From Podarcis gaigeae (taxonomy: Eukaryota), in assembly GCA_964106915.2 (NCBI GenBank), contig OZ066914.1: a DNA stretch of 64,000 nt. One strand, 5' to 3'. Made by a program: the position numbers and the translations under genes. The notes beneath the pieces were generated by a model, which had not been told where the DNA came from, searched no databases, and saw only the letters and a list, made by a program, of their open reading frames with translations. Of the stretch, positions 1-13,532 are shown piece after piece (the stretch's first letter is position 1; every line of letters begins with the position of its first letter).

Positions 1-51
1 GTAACCTGAAGTGTATGTAACCTGAAGCGTATGTAACCTGAGGTACCACTG
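1..51. mobile_element. Right end of a Tc1/mariner(pogo)-type MITE, truncated by the window edge
   Basis: gtaacctgaagcgtat repeats ending in TIR gaggtaccactg + TA; same family as 28444 and 39220. Confidence 0.8.
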
Positions 52-217
52 TAGTTGAATCTGGCTCCATGTCTTTTATTGGCTTCTGAAATAATAGCCA
101 AAACGAAAACAAACTACAGAGGGGGAAATCATGGAACTCTTTTGTGTTTATTTGAATCTAAATCAGACTATTTGCCTGGTAACCCAGAATTGTCTTTTGA
201 CTGCTCTGGTTTTGCAG

Positions 218-3200
218 GATGTCAGGTGATGGTCTCCCCCAGCCTTGCTACCTGAAATGCTTTTTTTTGTTTCTCTGTTATATGGCAGAGAGTGAGCTTG
301 GGACCTTCTACATGCAAGGTGGAGTGGTGGCCCCTCCCCATAAAACATTAAGGGCCAAATAACATGTGACATTTTCAATGTGGTTGACCCTGGAGTGCAA
401 CATTAGTCTTCAGCCAAAGCTCCCAGAGCTGCTGTGCTCTGATGGAGAACAGCAGCTGTAGGGACCAACTCTGGCCAGGATTATAATAACATGGGGAACC
501 AAGGGCAAAGCTCCCTCCGCCCCAGTGCCATGATCTCGATTCCGCTCAGGGCTCCCCGTGGCAGCAGCTTGTAAAAGAAAAATCCTGCACACCAGGGGTA
601 TCCACGTGACACATATTTTGCAGTTATCTGGATCTTGCATCTCAAGACAGAGGAGTTCCTTGAAGTTTTATACAGGGCTTTCCTCTGCTTGGACAATAAA
701 CCAGTAAACAGATGTAAAGAATAAGTCTCTCATTATAAAGCGTGAGTTATGGCTCTGATTAGAAACGGTCAATGATAACAACATTTTGGCTGCGAAAGAG
801 ACACTGGCCATAATCCAGCAGAGACAGGCGCCCTTATGCTCCACCAATTTCAGTTTTGTCTGATGTGTGACAGTCATAGAACCACATAGCAGATGCAGGA
901 GGAGTGTGGGCGTTTGGGACACAGCAGAGCCTCTCTTCCACCCCCCGGTCCTTTACTGAGTCTTGAGATGCCAGATATGTTTGCCACAATAAGCTGCTTC
1001 GGGGCTTCTTTGTATGAAGCAATGTTAATGCAGCATTCTCCTTATTATCAGATAATGCGTATGAGGGAAGATGCATTTTGTCATCATATGATGCAGCAGG
1101 TAGCCTTAATACCCTAAAACCACTAAGTTGTTCACTCCTAGGTCATTGACATTTTATTGGGTTTATTGGCTGTCGTTGCAACAACATTTATGTAATTTGC
1201 AGCCAAGATTGCTCTCTTCCTGATGAATGATGCCAACATTTATGGATGTGTGGGTGAGAGAGAACCACCTGCTATTCTCCTGAGGCTGATTGACCCACCA
1301 GTATCATACGAGCCCCGGTAGTAACTACTGAGAAGCTGGTGAAATCTGCCTTGTGCCAAAGGCAACACTTCTGTTTATAGAACTGGTGCCAAGGTTTACA
1401 GAGAAATGCAACAATATGCTTTTCTACCAGTAGGGCTCCTAAATATGCATATTTAAAGTTCAACTATTCTTCTCCGAACTTCGATGATATGAAATTAGGT
1501 ACAATGGTCTAGCACATCCAATTATTTCCATTCTTTGGGAGTCTTTCCTTCTCCCCCCCCCCCCAAAAAAAAGAAGGAGTGATCATTTGAGGATCTTAAT
1601 TAAAGTAAGTGGGAAGTTGGCTTACCTTTAACGGTCAGGCAGCATTGCAGCCTGGGGACACCAAACTAAGGAGGATTGCAGCCTGCCTGCAGATCGGCCA
1701 ATTGCAGGCAAGCATAGGCAGCAATTCCCCAGAGGGCGGGCCCAACTGGCTAACGGGCGTCACTTGGGCCCACTCCCGGGGGGATAAATCGAGGTCTGCC
1801 CAGGCCTCCTTCCCAGTTTGTCGTCACACACCTTGGTGCCCACTATGTCTTTGAAATTATGTGTTAGCATGAGGGACTGAGGAACAACTAGATTTTATAT
1901 TTTAAGAAATAAAGAAGCAGCTGTTGTTGCTGCTTGGTCCCAGCCCTTGATTCTGCAACCTGCCTTGCATGTGGTGAGGGTCCTCCATTTATATCTGTGT
2001 CACTTCTCCCTCAGCCCATCTTAAATACAGTTGAAAACTCCAGGCTTTAGGTAATATCATAATTCCCACATTCCCCACCCCTTTGTTGCTGCCACTGTTT
2101 TGTTTTAATGTCAAGCCTAAGGAAGAATCCCAGGAGCTCAGGAGCTGGCTCACAACTTGGGGACATTTTGATTGGCTTTTGAAAAAGATATTACCATATT
2201 GATGCTTGTGGGATTTTTCCCTAATGGATCATTGTGCCTACCTACATTTTTTGTCTGCTTTCCACAGTAACAGGCAACTTTATACTAATTATCTACCTAA
2301 ATTTTATCCCACATATCCTTCAGAAAGGACAGGGTGTCATCTCTATACAACTCTTGTCACTATGTCCATTTTAACACCTATTTTCTGTAACTCAACCTGA
2401 TATCAGCATCTGCATTGTCACTGCAAGATTCTGGGAACATCCTGTGGTTTTTACATCATAAATCTCCCACTGACTCTTCAGTTAACTGCAAAAAGCTGCT
2501 CCTATAATTGTTAGGCACTGGACATTACATACATCAAATGCAAATTTGACCAATGTGATTCCAGCTCTATAATTCCATGAATTTATTATTCTTTGTACCA
2601 GCAAAGCTGCCTAACACATGTGAAAAGGTGCAGTTTTCAGAATTAGGTGTATTTTGTTTATAACAAGTGTTTTTGCATCATTTCACAAGCTGGTGTTGAG
2701 CAGCAGAATACTTGCAATTAGTTTGTAGCCAGGAAACCTGATAACTGCAAGTCGTCCCCCCACCCCTCGGTCTTATATTTTGGTCTCTCTCACAGTTGGC
2801 CCAGCCTCTCACACAGACATGGTTGGAAGAAGAGCTCTTGGGCATTTAAGAAAAGTTAGCCTCACAGCTGAAAAGTCCAGTTTCTACTTGAGATTCACTA
2901 CGTATGCCTATTTAGTTCTGTGTATTGCTAAGAAAAAACCACCATGGCGATGTACAGGAATTCGGCCAGAGAATAGCTAAGGCAAGAGAAGGCTTTCAGT
3001 AAACAATGTTCATGCATCTGGTTCATTGCAACTGAATGTTGCTTTTGCAAATGGCACCAAGGCCAATATTTGAATGCCTACTGTTCCTTAGCTAATCACC
3101 AGCACCTCATTTGTCAGAAGTGAAATACATTTTAAAAACTGCTTGCTTTTGTTCTCAGTGCTGCACTGACAACATCCAGAAGTGACAAACTAAAGGATCA

Positions 3201-3343
3201 TACTGTTAATGGTACCATTAATATACCTAGCCTCTGAGCTCTAGGAAATCGCATGGGCAGAAGCACAATGCGATGTGATCATGCAGAGAACAGCCTCAGC
3301 AGAAGAAGGAAAGAGCGCCACCTGCTTGCAAGAAGAAATATGA
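218..3343 (+). CDS. Candidate small spliced ORF or 3' end of an unidentified gene: exons 218-225, 1203-1253, 2796-2854, 3245-3343
   Basis: AG/GT-bounded segments join in one open frame (MSAKIALFLMNDANIYGCVVGPASHTDMVGRRALGHLRKEIAWAEAQCDVIMQRTASAEEGKSATCLQEEI*); AATAAA at 3484-3489; no recognisable homology. Confidence 0.25.
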
Positions 3344-3946
3344 TCAGTACTTGTCACATTTGCAGTCCATGGCTTTTCAGAAGCATCTAGCTGCCCACAA
3401 TTGGAGACAGGATGCTGGACCAGAGAGACCCTGAGCATCTGTCCAGCAGTTCTCTTTTGATATTCTTTATATGCTTCCCATATAATAAAACAGCAATGTG
3501 CAAATGAATCTATAGAATGCGAGTATGGCATATGCCACTGAGAGTTTTGTCATTTTCTATCATTCTACTCATTATATTCAGATATCAGACACAGCACGGG
3601 GTTGCTTTGAATTCTTGCTAAACATTTGAGATATTTTGTTAGGATTTTTCTGTTCTTTGCAAGCCTTCTGCCCTGCCACTTGAGCATTGTTTTCCTAAAG
3701 GTTTTAATATTTAGATTTCAATGGGGAATTATTACTATTACTATTACTGTAGTTGGTTGTTTTTTACACCCGGCCACAGCATTTGCTGTGTTGCTATCGC
3801 GTTCCAGCTTAGGATCATTCAGTGAAGGTTGGGCTTATAAATCCAACCAGTAAATAAATATTGCTTGTGCAGAGAGTGTGTGGCTGCAAAGGCCTGCAGA
3901 GTTATAAATGGCACAGGGAACCTGCACAGGTAGAAAAGGCTCCCCA

Positions 3947-4997
3947 CTTATTTATTTTATTTTATTTTTATAAAAGATTTCTTAGTTTACAAAAATACAT
4001 GCATTGTCTCTTTTTCAAGTTGTGTTTTCTACAGTTCAGTTTCATGTGCTGTAAGACATTAGTGTTGCATGCAGTATTAGGTTGGGAAGAAAAGAGGTGG
4101 AGGGGGCGGTGGGTGGGGTGATATTGCTTCTTCTACTTAAGTGTACGTGTGGGGTTTTGTGTCAGCGTCACTTGTATGGGTTCTCTTACTATTCGCTTGT
4201 TATATTTCCTTGGCGGTGAGAGAGGTTGGGGTTGGCTTAGGGTGTGGTTGGTTGTCTTTGATTGGCGGTAGTGAGATTTGTTTATGTGTGTGAGGGGGTG
4301 GATTTTTGGATCAGGTTAGCCAGATTGATTCGTATGCTGTCAGCAGATTCTTGTCATTGTCTTTTGGGCTGTGTATGTGATAAAGGCAGCCCTGTTTAGG
4401 GAAGTTTTTAAATGTTTTAATGTATTTTTAATCTCCTGTTGGAAGCCATCCAGAGTGGCTGGGAAGACCCAGCCAGATGGGCAGGGTATAAGTAATAAAT
4501 TATCATCATCATCATTATTACTATTACTATTATTAAGGGGAGCCATATCGGAGTGAAGGCATCTTCTATTTGTCCACGTGTCAGTTTCAGTTTATTGGTT
4601 AGTTTTTCTAGCAAGGCTGTTTTTCATAGTATTTGATACCATTGGTCCAAGTTTACTCCTGACAGTTCTTTCCAGTGTCTGACTATGATGCTTCTGGCTG
4701 CTGAAAGTGGGTTATGAGCTCCTTATAATGTAAGTGTGCATTGTTATCTTGGAAGATATTCAGTAGGGCCAGTTGTAGGGTGATTTCTAATACCACATAC
4801 CACATGTGGAGGTATGTGCCTGTGGAGGTGCAGCCTCTCCAGCATTTTGGTGAGGCTCCTGGGCAAATCAATGCTAGTTTCTGTGGTGTTAGGTACCATC
4901 TGTAAGTGAAGGTTCCCCACTTCAGAGGTTCTCTGGCAACGGGTTGTGCAACTGTGAGATAAATGCTAAATGGTGAGCCCCTTTGCATCCATGTCAC
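3947..4997 (-). mobile_element. L1/Tx1-type LINE 3' relic (ORF2 C-terminal zinc-binding region, 3'UTR, A-rich tail)
   Basis: ORF 4683..4997 contains YRWYLTPQKL...CWRGC...GTYLHMW; A-rich tail near 3947-3975 on the minus strand. Confidence 0.7.
4387..4534 (+). mobile_element. L2-like LINE 3' tail nested inside the L1 relic
   Basis: cagagtggctgggaagacccagccagatgggcagggtata followed by an (ATC/ATT)n tail; a similar tail lies at about 5590-5661. Confidence 0.65.
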
Positions 4998-5157
4998 CTT
5001 TTTGCAAGAGTAGTATGAAGCATGTGAAGAGGGCTATAAACTGACCCCCTGCTCCAAACTAGGGGAGTATGTAAAATGTAATATTACCTTACACAATAAC
5101 AGTTATTTTTTGTTTTGCTGTTTTTGTATCATTCTTAAGATATTTGTTATATTTTGT

Positions 5158-5774
5158 GTCTCCCTTTCCACTTTGATGTTGATCAATATGTTTAGAAGTT
5201 GCTGTGGGGGAAGGAGAGCTTTTTTAGCCACTGTGAAAGTCTTAGTATTGGCCAGAGTAGTGGGATGCCATTTTTTTAAATCAAGTCAAGCAAGAATTTT
5301 GAGGAAGCATGTCTTTTGGAGCCTTTGGAGAAATCCTGGGCCCTGAAGGATTCCTGCTTGCCCTCATTCATTTGCTTGCTGAGCCAGAGTCGTTTGGAGT
5401 GGCTCAAGTGCATAGCTGCTCCAATGCTTTCCTCCCTTGTCTTAAAGACCAGACAGTAGAGTGTGCAGCTTAGTGGGAGGGAAATCCTGATCGAAATGGA
5501 ACACTGTTGAAGCCGAGAGCCCCCTTAATTCCTCCTCAGAGGTTTCCCTCCACTGCTCCAGGACTTGGAAGGGATTTATCGTGATTTTTCTATTCTGTTG
5601 GGAGCCACCCAGGGTGGCTGGGGAGGCCTGGCCAGATGGGTGGGGTATTATTATTATTATTGGTATTCTGATGGAGAAGGACTGAGTGGCTTGGAAAATC
5701 AAATGAAAACGGTCTCCCTTTCCACTTTGATGTTGATCAATATGTTTAGAAGTTGCTGTGGGGGAAGGAGAGCT
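5158..5774. repeat. 63-bp direct repeat pair (5158-5220 and 5712-5774)
   Basis: gtctccctttccactttgatgttgatcaatatgtttagaagttgctgtgggggaaggagagct occurs twice, 554 bp apart. Confidence 0.9.
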
Positions 5775-6109
5775 CTTGACTTCCTATCTGAAAAGCAGTT
5801 CTCTTGTTTTTTATTGGAAGCTGCTTTTGACACCTTCCTAAGCAGCATCAGAGGAACTGCAGTTAAAAAGGATGTTCAAAGTCCTCCTGGAAACACACCA
5901 AGTTTCAGCAGCCTCCCAAGTGCCCAAGTCTATGCAACTCCCATGCTGGTACTGTGGGGCTCTGTCAAGCCCCTGGCTCATTGGGGAGCTCCAGGCAAGG
6001 AAACAGGCCCAGAGACAACTGGTACAAGTCTTGTGAAGGTGACCAAGCATATAATCGTGCCTTCCATAGTGCTTCAGTGAGCTTTTCATAGTGGTATCAG
6101 GGTTGCTTT

Positions 6110-6560
6110 GCCTACTCTGTTTAGGCCAGCCTTAGAGCCCTCTGGTGATTTTGCAAGGCATTTTGAAGACAAGATAGTCCATTGCTGTGTGGACTGGAGT
6201 TCCACCACTGATACCATGTCTGTTGTACAATGCACTATTATCCTGTCCGATTTTTGGTTCATGCTAGGTATTAAAGGTTGACTGGGTGAATTCAGGGTGT
6301 GATGAATGCTTTGTTGTGTGATGAGGTGGTGGCTGTGGTGCTTCAGTTGCAGATGCTACTGGATGGAAATGATTATCTCAAGCCACTTCAGACTTTATTC
6401 AGGCCCTGTTTGGGGACAGCCTCAGCCTTGCTCACTCTGACTGATGGCGTTTTTGAAGGACTGGAAGAGTGCAAGTGTTGATTCTCCTGGATCTCTCCTT
6501 GACTTTTGTTAGTATTAACCATGATAGTCGTCTATGGATTGGGAGTTGTGGTTGATCTCA
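6110..6560 (+). mobile_element. Degenerate L2/CR1-clade reverse transcriptase fragment
   Basis: Translation QLQMLLDGNDYLKPLQTLFRPCLGTASALLTLTD...ILLDLS resembles the RT motif (D.LDP.QSGFRP..GTETAL...LLDLS). Confidence 0.65.
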
Positions 6561-8569
6561 GGTGCCACAGGGCATGCTTTTGTCTTAAGTGCTACTTAAT
6601 ATGAATCTGCTGGGGTAGTTTGCTCTACAATTTTATGACTAGAGATCCAGGTGACCTGTGGCTTGGACCAGCTATTCCCAAATTCAGCGATCCACAGAGT
6701 TAAGACTACATGGTTTTCGTTTTTGATGTATTTTGTATTCTCATTTTGTATTTTTCTGTGGCGAACCACCATGGGATCTTTGAGCCCAGAGCGGTATACA
6801 AATTTTAACAACGACGACATCATTTTACACAAGTGTCCCAAAATCTGCACTGGTTGCTTATTAGTTAGCAAGCAAAGTTCAAGGTTTCAGTGACATTTAA
6901 AGTCCTAAACAACCTGGGTCTACAATCCTTAGTGGACCACATCTTAGTTTTTAAGTGTTTGTTTTGTACACCACTCATTTTTATTTATAAGATATAGTTG
7001 TGTTTTGCTTATATTTATTTTGAAGAAAATTTATTTGAATATTGAACTTTGTTCTATTGCTTTCATGTAAACCACTCAAAAGATGTTTGTGAAATTACGT
7101 GGTGTATTTTTTATAGATGTTTTATTACAGGAGAGTCAGTAGCTTATTAAAGAACTTTTCTCCTTATGTTTGCCATGAGGAACATTGTCTCCTTAAGCTT
7201 AGTTTCAAATGGTAGACTGGAGAGGTTACCCACAAGAAAGTGCCAGTCTCTTGTGTCAACCGACAATTGTGAACAGATCTCCTACTGAGGAGCCACACAA
7301 TTTCCCATTTGGACATGGCAGGCTAGAACACCAGAATATTGTGCTGTGGTTTGTATTAGTGCTATAACTTTGCAAGGAGCAGTATAGGAACAATTTGAGA
7401 TATCAAAAGGCAAACTGAACTGCATCAAGATCCTTGTAGCAGATAAGACAGTGTCTTACCAAGATTATGTAAGAGTGTGTGAGTATAAAAATGGATGTCA
7501 GACCAACAAGGCAGCCTCATATCCTTGTCTGAATTAATGCACTTGAGACAACTGAAAATTACTGAGGCCCACCAGCCACAAAATGGAGGACAGTCAGTCA
7601 CAAAATGATGGCAGATGGAGGCAAAGTTTGGCATAATCAGCTGGCAATTACTAATGTCACTTTCTATTGATATCTAATCAATGTTTGGGAATTGCTTTTC
7701 TAAAACACCAAAATGCTTTTCTTGTGGCAACATTCTGTAGCTCAACTATATTCAGACATTTGCTCCAGAGGCATTGTGACAGCCTTCCCAATTCACAGGC
7801 TGTATGTAGAGAAAGCTTTTTCTTCTATATTTTTCTCTTCCTACTTCCACATGTCTCTCAACATATTTTTACCCATCTCCTGTGATTTATTCTCCCATTC
7901 TTCTTTCACACTCAGTTAGTACCATATCCTCACCCCCCACAACTTCCAATTTCTTTCATCTTTTCTCCCTGGTCCTTTCACATTTCTTCCTCCTAGAAGG
8001 TTCCCCCTCTTATCCAATCCCTTTCTATTCCTCGGTGGCTTATTTGATGATAACAGCAACCACTTTCTTCTCCGTTTCTAATTTCCTTCACCATCTTCCC
8101 TGGCCCTTTCATCTCAGGGAAGGGAGAGCTTCTTTCACTCCTTCCCCATCTCCTTGGCATCTTTACAAGAAACTGCTGGCGATAGCATTGATCCAGCCAA
8201 AAGGCTGTGGTATGGCTAGGGGGCAGGGTAGATAAGTGAGGAAGCACTGGACAGATTGTGGCACTGAGACCCACTAATGGGTCTTAGCCCAGTTTGAGAA
8301 ACACTAGTCAAGAGAATTTGATGGCGCAATCCTGTGCACACAGTTGTAAGCTCTATGGAATTCAGTAAGACTTACTTTGAGCAGACTCATACAAAATTGT
8401 ATTGTTGGACACGTTCTGTCGTTGAGAAGTCTCCCTTACCTTACTGGCAAATTCTTTTGGCAGTATTGATGTCCACAGTTGATCTTCAATATTACTACAG
8501 TGGATCAAGATTTCTCTTTCACTGTATGCCATGCCTGTGTGCTATAGTGCAGCGAGGGATGTGAAGCTA

Positions 8570-8666
8570 TCTGTCATGGATGCTTTAGTTGAGATTCCTG
8601 CATTGCAGGGACTTGGACTAGATGACCCCCAGGGTCCCTTCCCACTCTACAATCCTAGGATTCTAA
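8570..8666 (+). mobile_element. CR1-type 3' end fragment
   Basis: ttggactagatgacccccagggtcccttcccactctacaatcctaggattcta; a reverse copy lies at about 32031-32118. Confidence 0.7.
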
Positions 8667-9764
8667 GCAGTAGAAGCCACACAAGATTTATGTGCATTTA
8701 AAATGGAGTGCTGCATGTCCTGGTTAATTTTGTAAGAGCTAATTTTGAAGGTGGCAAAGAATCAGGGTACAACAGGTATGTGCTCTGTGTGTGGATACGG
8801 AAGTGTATTGTCCATGAGCAATGCACTGTGTGAAAGCATTTAAGATAGAAGATACCAAGATAGCTCTCATCTCATGGCTTGATGAATCACAGGACTACAG
8901 CAGCCAAAGGAGAACCCTGGAAAATCCAGTAGCCTTGTGAAAATTAGAATACGTCCAATGATGACAGCCATATTTTAATGATATCATTTTTACAGGATAT
9001 TCTGTCTGGGCTTGATTTCCAGGTAAATCCATTGGCCAGTGTGTGTGATTTAGACACTGTTCAAATTCTGCTTAGCCACAGACTCACTGGAATCCATTCT
9101 CAATATATCCCAGTCTCAATTCAAGTATGTAAAATGGGAACCATAATAAATCAGAATTGGTGTAAAGTGCAGTTTTAATGTGCAAAGCTAGAATGACAAC
9201 TTGCCAAGTTAGCATCATCCATAGACTTATCAAAACATGCTAATCCCCTCTTGCTGGAATGAGTTCCTAAAACAGAAAAACCTAATTTACTTATGGTTCC
9301 ATGGATCCATCCCTCTCAGCATTTTGCATCAATCGCTCCATAACAGACCTTGTGCAAAATCCATTTGCATATCATGGAATGTTGGTACTTAGTCTGAGTG
9401 CTTCTTTCCTTTGTTGCTGATCTGTTAATAGGCGCATTGTGTTTATTAAACTTGTGCCTGTTATCTTTAGTGTGCTTTTGGTTTTGTGGATTATCCAAGG
9501 TATCCTTGGGAGAAAGGCAGATTATAAATATTAGAAATATACTTTAAAAATTAATAGTATTCTGTATAGATACCTTCTTCGTACTTGTGCAGATGCAGAA
9601 ATTACTTACCAGAGGGTTAAGCGCCATGATCACTCCCTGTCTACATCAGTAACCATATATGCTTCTATTCTACTACTCAAAATTGTGAGTAGCTAGTATT
9701 GCTAATGGTTTAACCTGACGGGATGTTAAGGCAGCTACACTGGCTAATTTTACAAAGCCATTTT

Positions 9765-10050
9765 CACTTTCCTGCACTTTGGAACTCCCTGCCTATTGAG
9801 ATCAAGCAGGCGCCCTTCAGTGAACTTTTTCCACTGCCTGCTGAAGACATTATTGTTTAGACAAGCATGCCCAGATGTTTAGAAAGCTGAGGTAACTTTA
9901 ATATATTTTAGTATTTTTAACTTTGTATATTTCAAAGTATGGTTGTGAATTTTTCTTGATTTTCTTGTATTCTTTTTGTGAACTGATTTGAGGGTTTTTT
10001 TAAACAATCAAGTGGTGTATAAATTTTAGGAAATGAATAAAATAAAAATA
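9765..10050 (+). mobile_element. L2-like LINE 3' end
   Basis: tggaactccctgcc (WNSLP) followed by a T-rich 3'UTR and an A-rich tail. Confidence 0.6.
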
Positions 10051-13000
10051 GTGGTTACAAAGTATGTTTTCCTTACTTTACATTTGGGTCTGTTATGTGT
10101 TGGGCTCCTGTTCCAAATCCCTGGCATGTATGCATGCCCAGCAACATGATGCAAGAAGCAACTTGTGTGCTCCTGTCAAGCTATACTATAGCAACTCACT
10201 CAGTATGTTTCTTCAAATTGGACAATATATGCACACACTTACCCTAACATTTTCCTGGCTCACAAAAGGCATTTTTATATACTACCAGACATATACCTGT
10301 TCTCAGTACCTAGTTGCAGCCCTGGATGTCTGACAGTTTTAAGCTATGCCCATGTTTATTATTTTAATTATGAGAGATTAAATTTGTAATAAATTGTGCT
10401 GCCATTTTAATTGTGATAGTCACTGGCCTACTGCACCAGGGGTTTGTTGACTACCTTTCAGAACAGGATTCTTTTTTAAATAATAATTTCTTACAGCATA
10501 TAAATTAATTTGTTTTCATGTTTTTCCACATCAGCCTCTCTTCATTTCTGTGTTGTAGTCCATTTACATTACCATTTCCAGGTTAGGCTCATCATTATTC
10601 CTCATTAAAATAGCTTTAGGCATTTTATCCATTAATGGCTGGTCCATGTGCTTTGAGTTTATTTTACTTAATGAAGTCTCCGAAGGCAATTTAATACTGT
10701 TTCTTATTTACACATTCTTTGCCCTCTTCTCGGATATTGTCAGTTGTATGTGTGCCTGTTAGTTTTGTGGTGGTGTTTCATCTGTGGGGCAGGCAGACTT
10801 AGTGAATGTTTGCATCTACATTACATACTGTTTGTGCCAATCCAAAGGCAACCATTTTTTCCATGTTCTATCACCCTCCTGGCTTCTGACACCCAGTAAT
10901 TGGTTCGTTTTTCTGGGCCCTAATGACAGCATACCTGGCTGCTACCTTTGTCTCTGCTTCTCCTAACTGAGAGGTACCTGGTTGGCTGCTGTTACATAGC
11001 GCTAGACTAGATGGATAGTCAGTTTGATGCATCATAGGCTGTTTCTTTTTTTTTCTTTAACCATCTCTTTTTGGAATGATTTAACTTCTGCTACAGTGCA
11101 GAGGCCCAATTGTGCATCTGCTCTGAAGGGATATAGGGAGTGGGATCTGTTAAACATTCCAACCGTGCTTCAACCACCATTTCATACACTGAGGTAAACA
11201 AGGTACAGAACTGTTATATACATATATATTTATATAATATGCTATAATAATTTGTATCTTTCTTTACAGCAATCTTAGTTAATATCTTTCGTACATAGGT
11301 AAAAAAGTCACATGAGAATGGCACATGTAGGGTGCTCAGAGTCCCCTACAGCCTCCATGCTGGGGCAAATCAGAGCAGGGATCCAACAGTTAGCATTCCT
11401 GGAAGGGGTAAATGAGTGGTTTTGCAAGAAACGGCAATGCACAGACTCTTTGCTGCCTCTCCAGTGATTGCATACAAAGGCTTTTAGAATCCATGAATGG
11501 GAACTGGAGGACATCAGGATCAAAGGCATTAGGTGGAGACTTCTCACTTTTCTCCCACAAAAGGGAAGATTCCGATTTAAATAAATCAAGAAGCTGGAAT
11601 CCACTGGTAAATGCCTGGCTCCAATGTGCTCCAGCAAGAGGGATAAAAAAGGGAAAAGGATACAAACAGTGAGGCTTTCATACAGAGAGACTGCTGTAGA
11701 AAGAAAAGGAAGGAAAGTAGTTTTCTGTACACAAACCTTGCAGAATAACAAAATAAAATTAAAGTTGGTAATGCCCCTCATATAGGCAAGAGCCCAAGAT
11801 TTCTTAAGACAAAATTGAGTGCTCCACAACACTGATTCCACATTTAAGTGTGTTCCACTCGAATAACAAGGAACGTGAGCATATTAGGGTAAAGATAACA
11901 CTACCTGGGCTGTTGCCCCCTACATATTACTCCAGAGGGCAAGCAGGTAGTTAAGATTACAGATGTACCAATGTAAATTCAAGCTAATTGAAAGGATTCT
12001 AAAAGACAACAACATCCCTCTCATCATGCCCAGCATTCTGAAGGCACCATCTGACCACCTATAAGTGGTTGATAAATACCATTCAATAAAGGTGACCATC
12101 AGAACTGGGATACAAGTTTTTAAAATGACCTTTTCCCCTAGAATTCGAGCAGTTTGGGAGAGAGAAGTAAGGGCAGGCTACTACATCATGTTCTTAGATA
12201 ATCTGCAAGGTAGTGTCCGCCAGCAGGCACCTCTGACATGCTGATATGAACGTTAATGGTAATGTGTGTGGTAGTGCTTTATCAATTGCATCTCCTGTGT
12301 GATAGCATTGGACTCACAATACATCCAAACCAGGCAAATACATGACAGACCATGCAGTTAAGTACCAGTAAGTCAGTCCGAATGCTAACATGGTGCCTGG
12401 GACTGGGAGGAATCCCTTCAGTAGCATCCTATGCAGCAGAAACTCAGGATCTTGAACATCTGGGCCTCAGATAGGTTGTGATAAATAAGAGATACACAAA
12501 GCCCCAATAAATGCATTTTTTTTTCAAAATTATGTCAGACATTGTCTAATTGCCTAGTTTCTCCAGAGGCATGAAAAATGAACTCCCTTATGCTAAAAAA
12601 AAAGAGTTAGACAACAAAGGGCCCAGTCATTCTTCATGGATAATTGAAACACGGGGATCAAAGAAGGGGAAATTTCTAATACCCTGGTACAAATGTCTTC
12701 TCTCAATGAGGCAATTGCTCCCAAACTCACTGCAGTACTATTCAGGTGAAGTTTATTTCATTACGAACCCTTATCAAACACAGTCAGCTTTCCTATTTTC
12801 AAGGAAAACTGCTACCAAACATCAGGGTTGAACTATGGAAGTTCTAGATATGCTTTGCAATAATGTGTATACATGTATTGCATGGTTTCACTTCTTCTAC
12901 ATGCTGCTTTCTGGCCTTCTCCCTCACTAGCAAAGATTACCAATCAAGATAGTCAACAATCTCATCCAATAGGATGACTTCTATATATGCCACTGGTACT

Positions 13001-13532
13001 GGGGAAAGCCTGCTTTAGACAAATGAGGCATTGCTATTGGCACTTGTTAAGACAACCTGAAGGAGGAGAGGACACTTGGGAAATTTGGCAAAGCCTAACA
13101 TCATGGAAGATGAGGACGTATCTTCTTCACATTACAAGAGAAGCAACATGACAGTACAAGGAGAGAAAAGAATGAAAGCACTTGACACCGTGTCCTTTCC
13201 TTGCATCTCAAACTAACAAACAAAGGCACAACGGAAGTGTGGGAAACAAGAGAAAACAACACAAACAGCAAGGCAGCAGTGAGCTCAAGAACAGTTGTGC
13301 ACTGTCTAAAGTAACTTGGGTTTCGTCACATTCAGTATTTTGTTCATAGTTTTCTTCTTGATCTCCCAATGAACTGATGTTATCCTGCTGAGTATGATAC
13401 TACATGGCTGCAATTTATATGATGGGAAGCTCAATGCCCCAACCCTCTGCACAACGAACTATGGCTAAAAAGAAATGTATCGGACATGAAATATGGTGAG
13501 AGACCAAAGATGGAAATACCATTAAGTATACC

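Noticed and set aside
5565-6080. 171-aa plus-strand ORF
   Set aside because: Runs through a LINE tail, a (TAT)n repeat and the 63-bp duplication; a chance ORF.
1-11000. MYRF first exon (MEVVDETEALQRFFE), expected downstream of DAGLA from human synteny
   Set aside because: No matching sequence or CpG island found by eye on the minus strand.
11308-11841. 177-aa minus-strand ORF downstream of DAGLA
   Set aside because: Non-ATG start, no domain and no splice support; probably UTR or intergenic.
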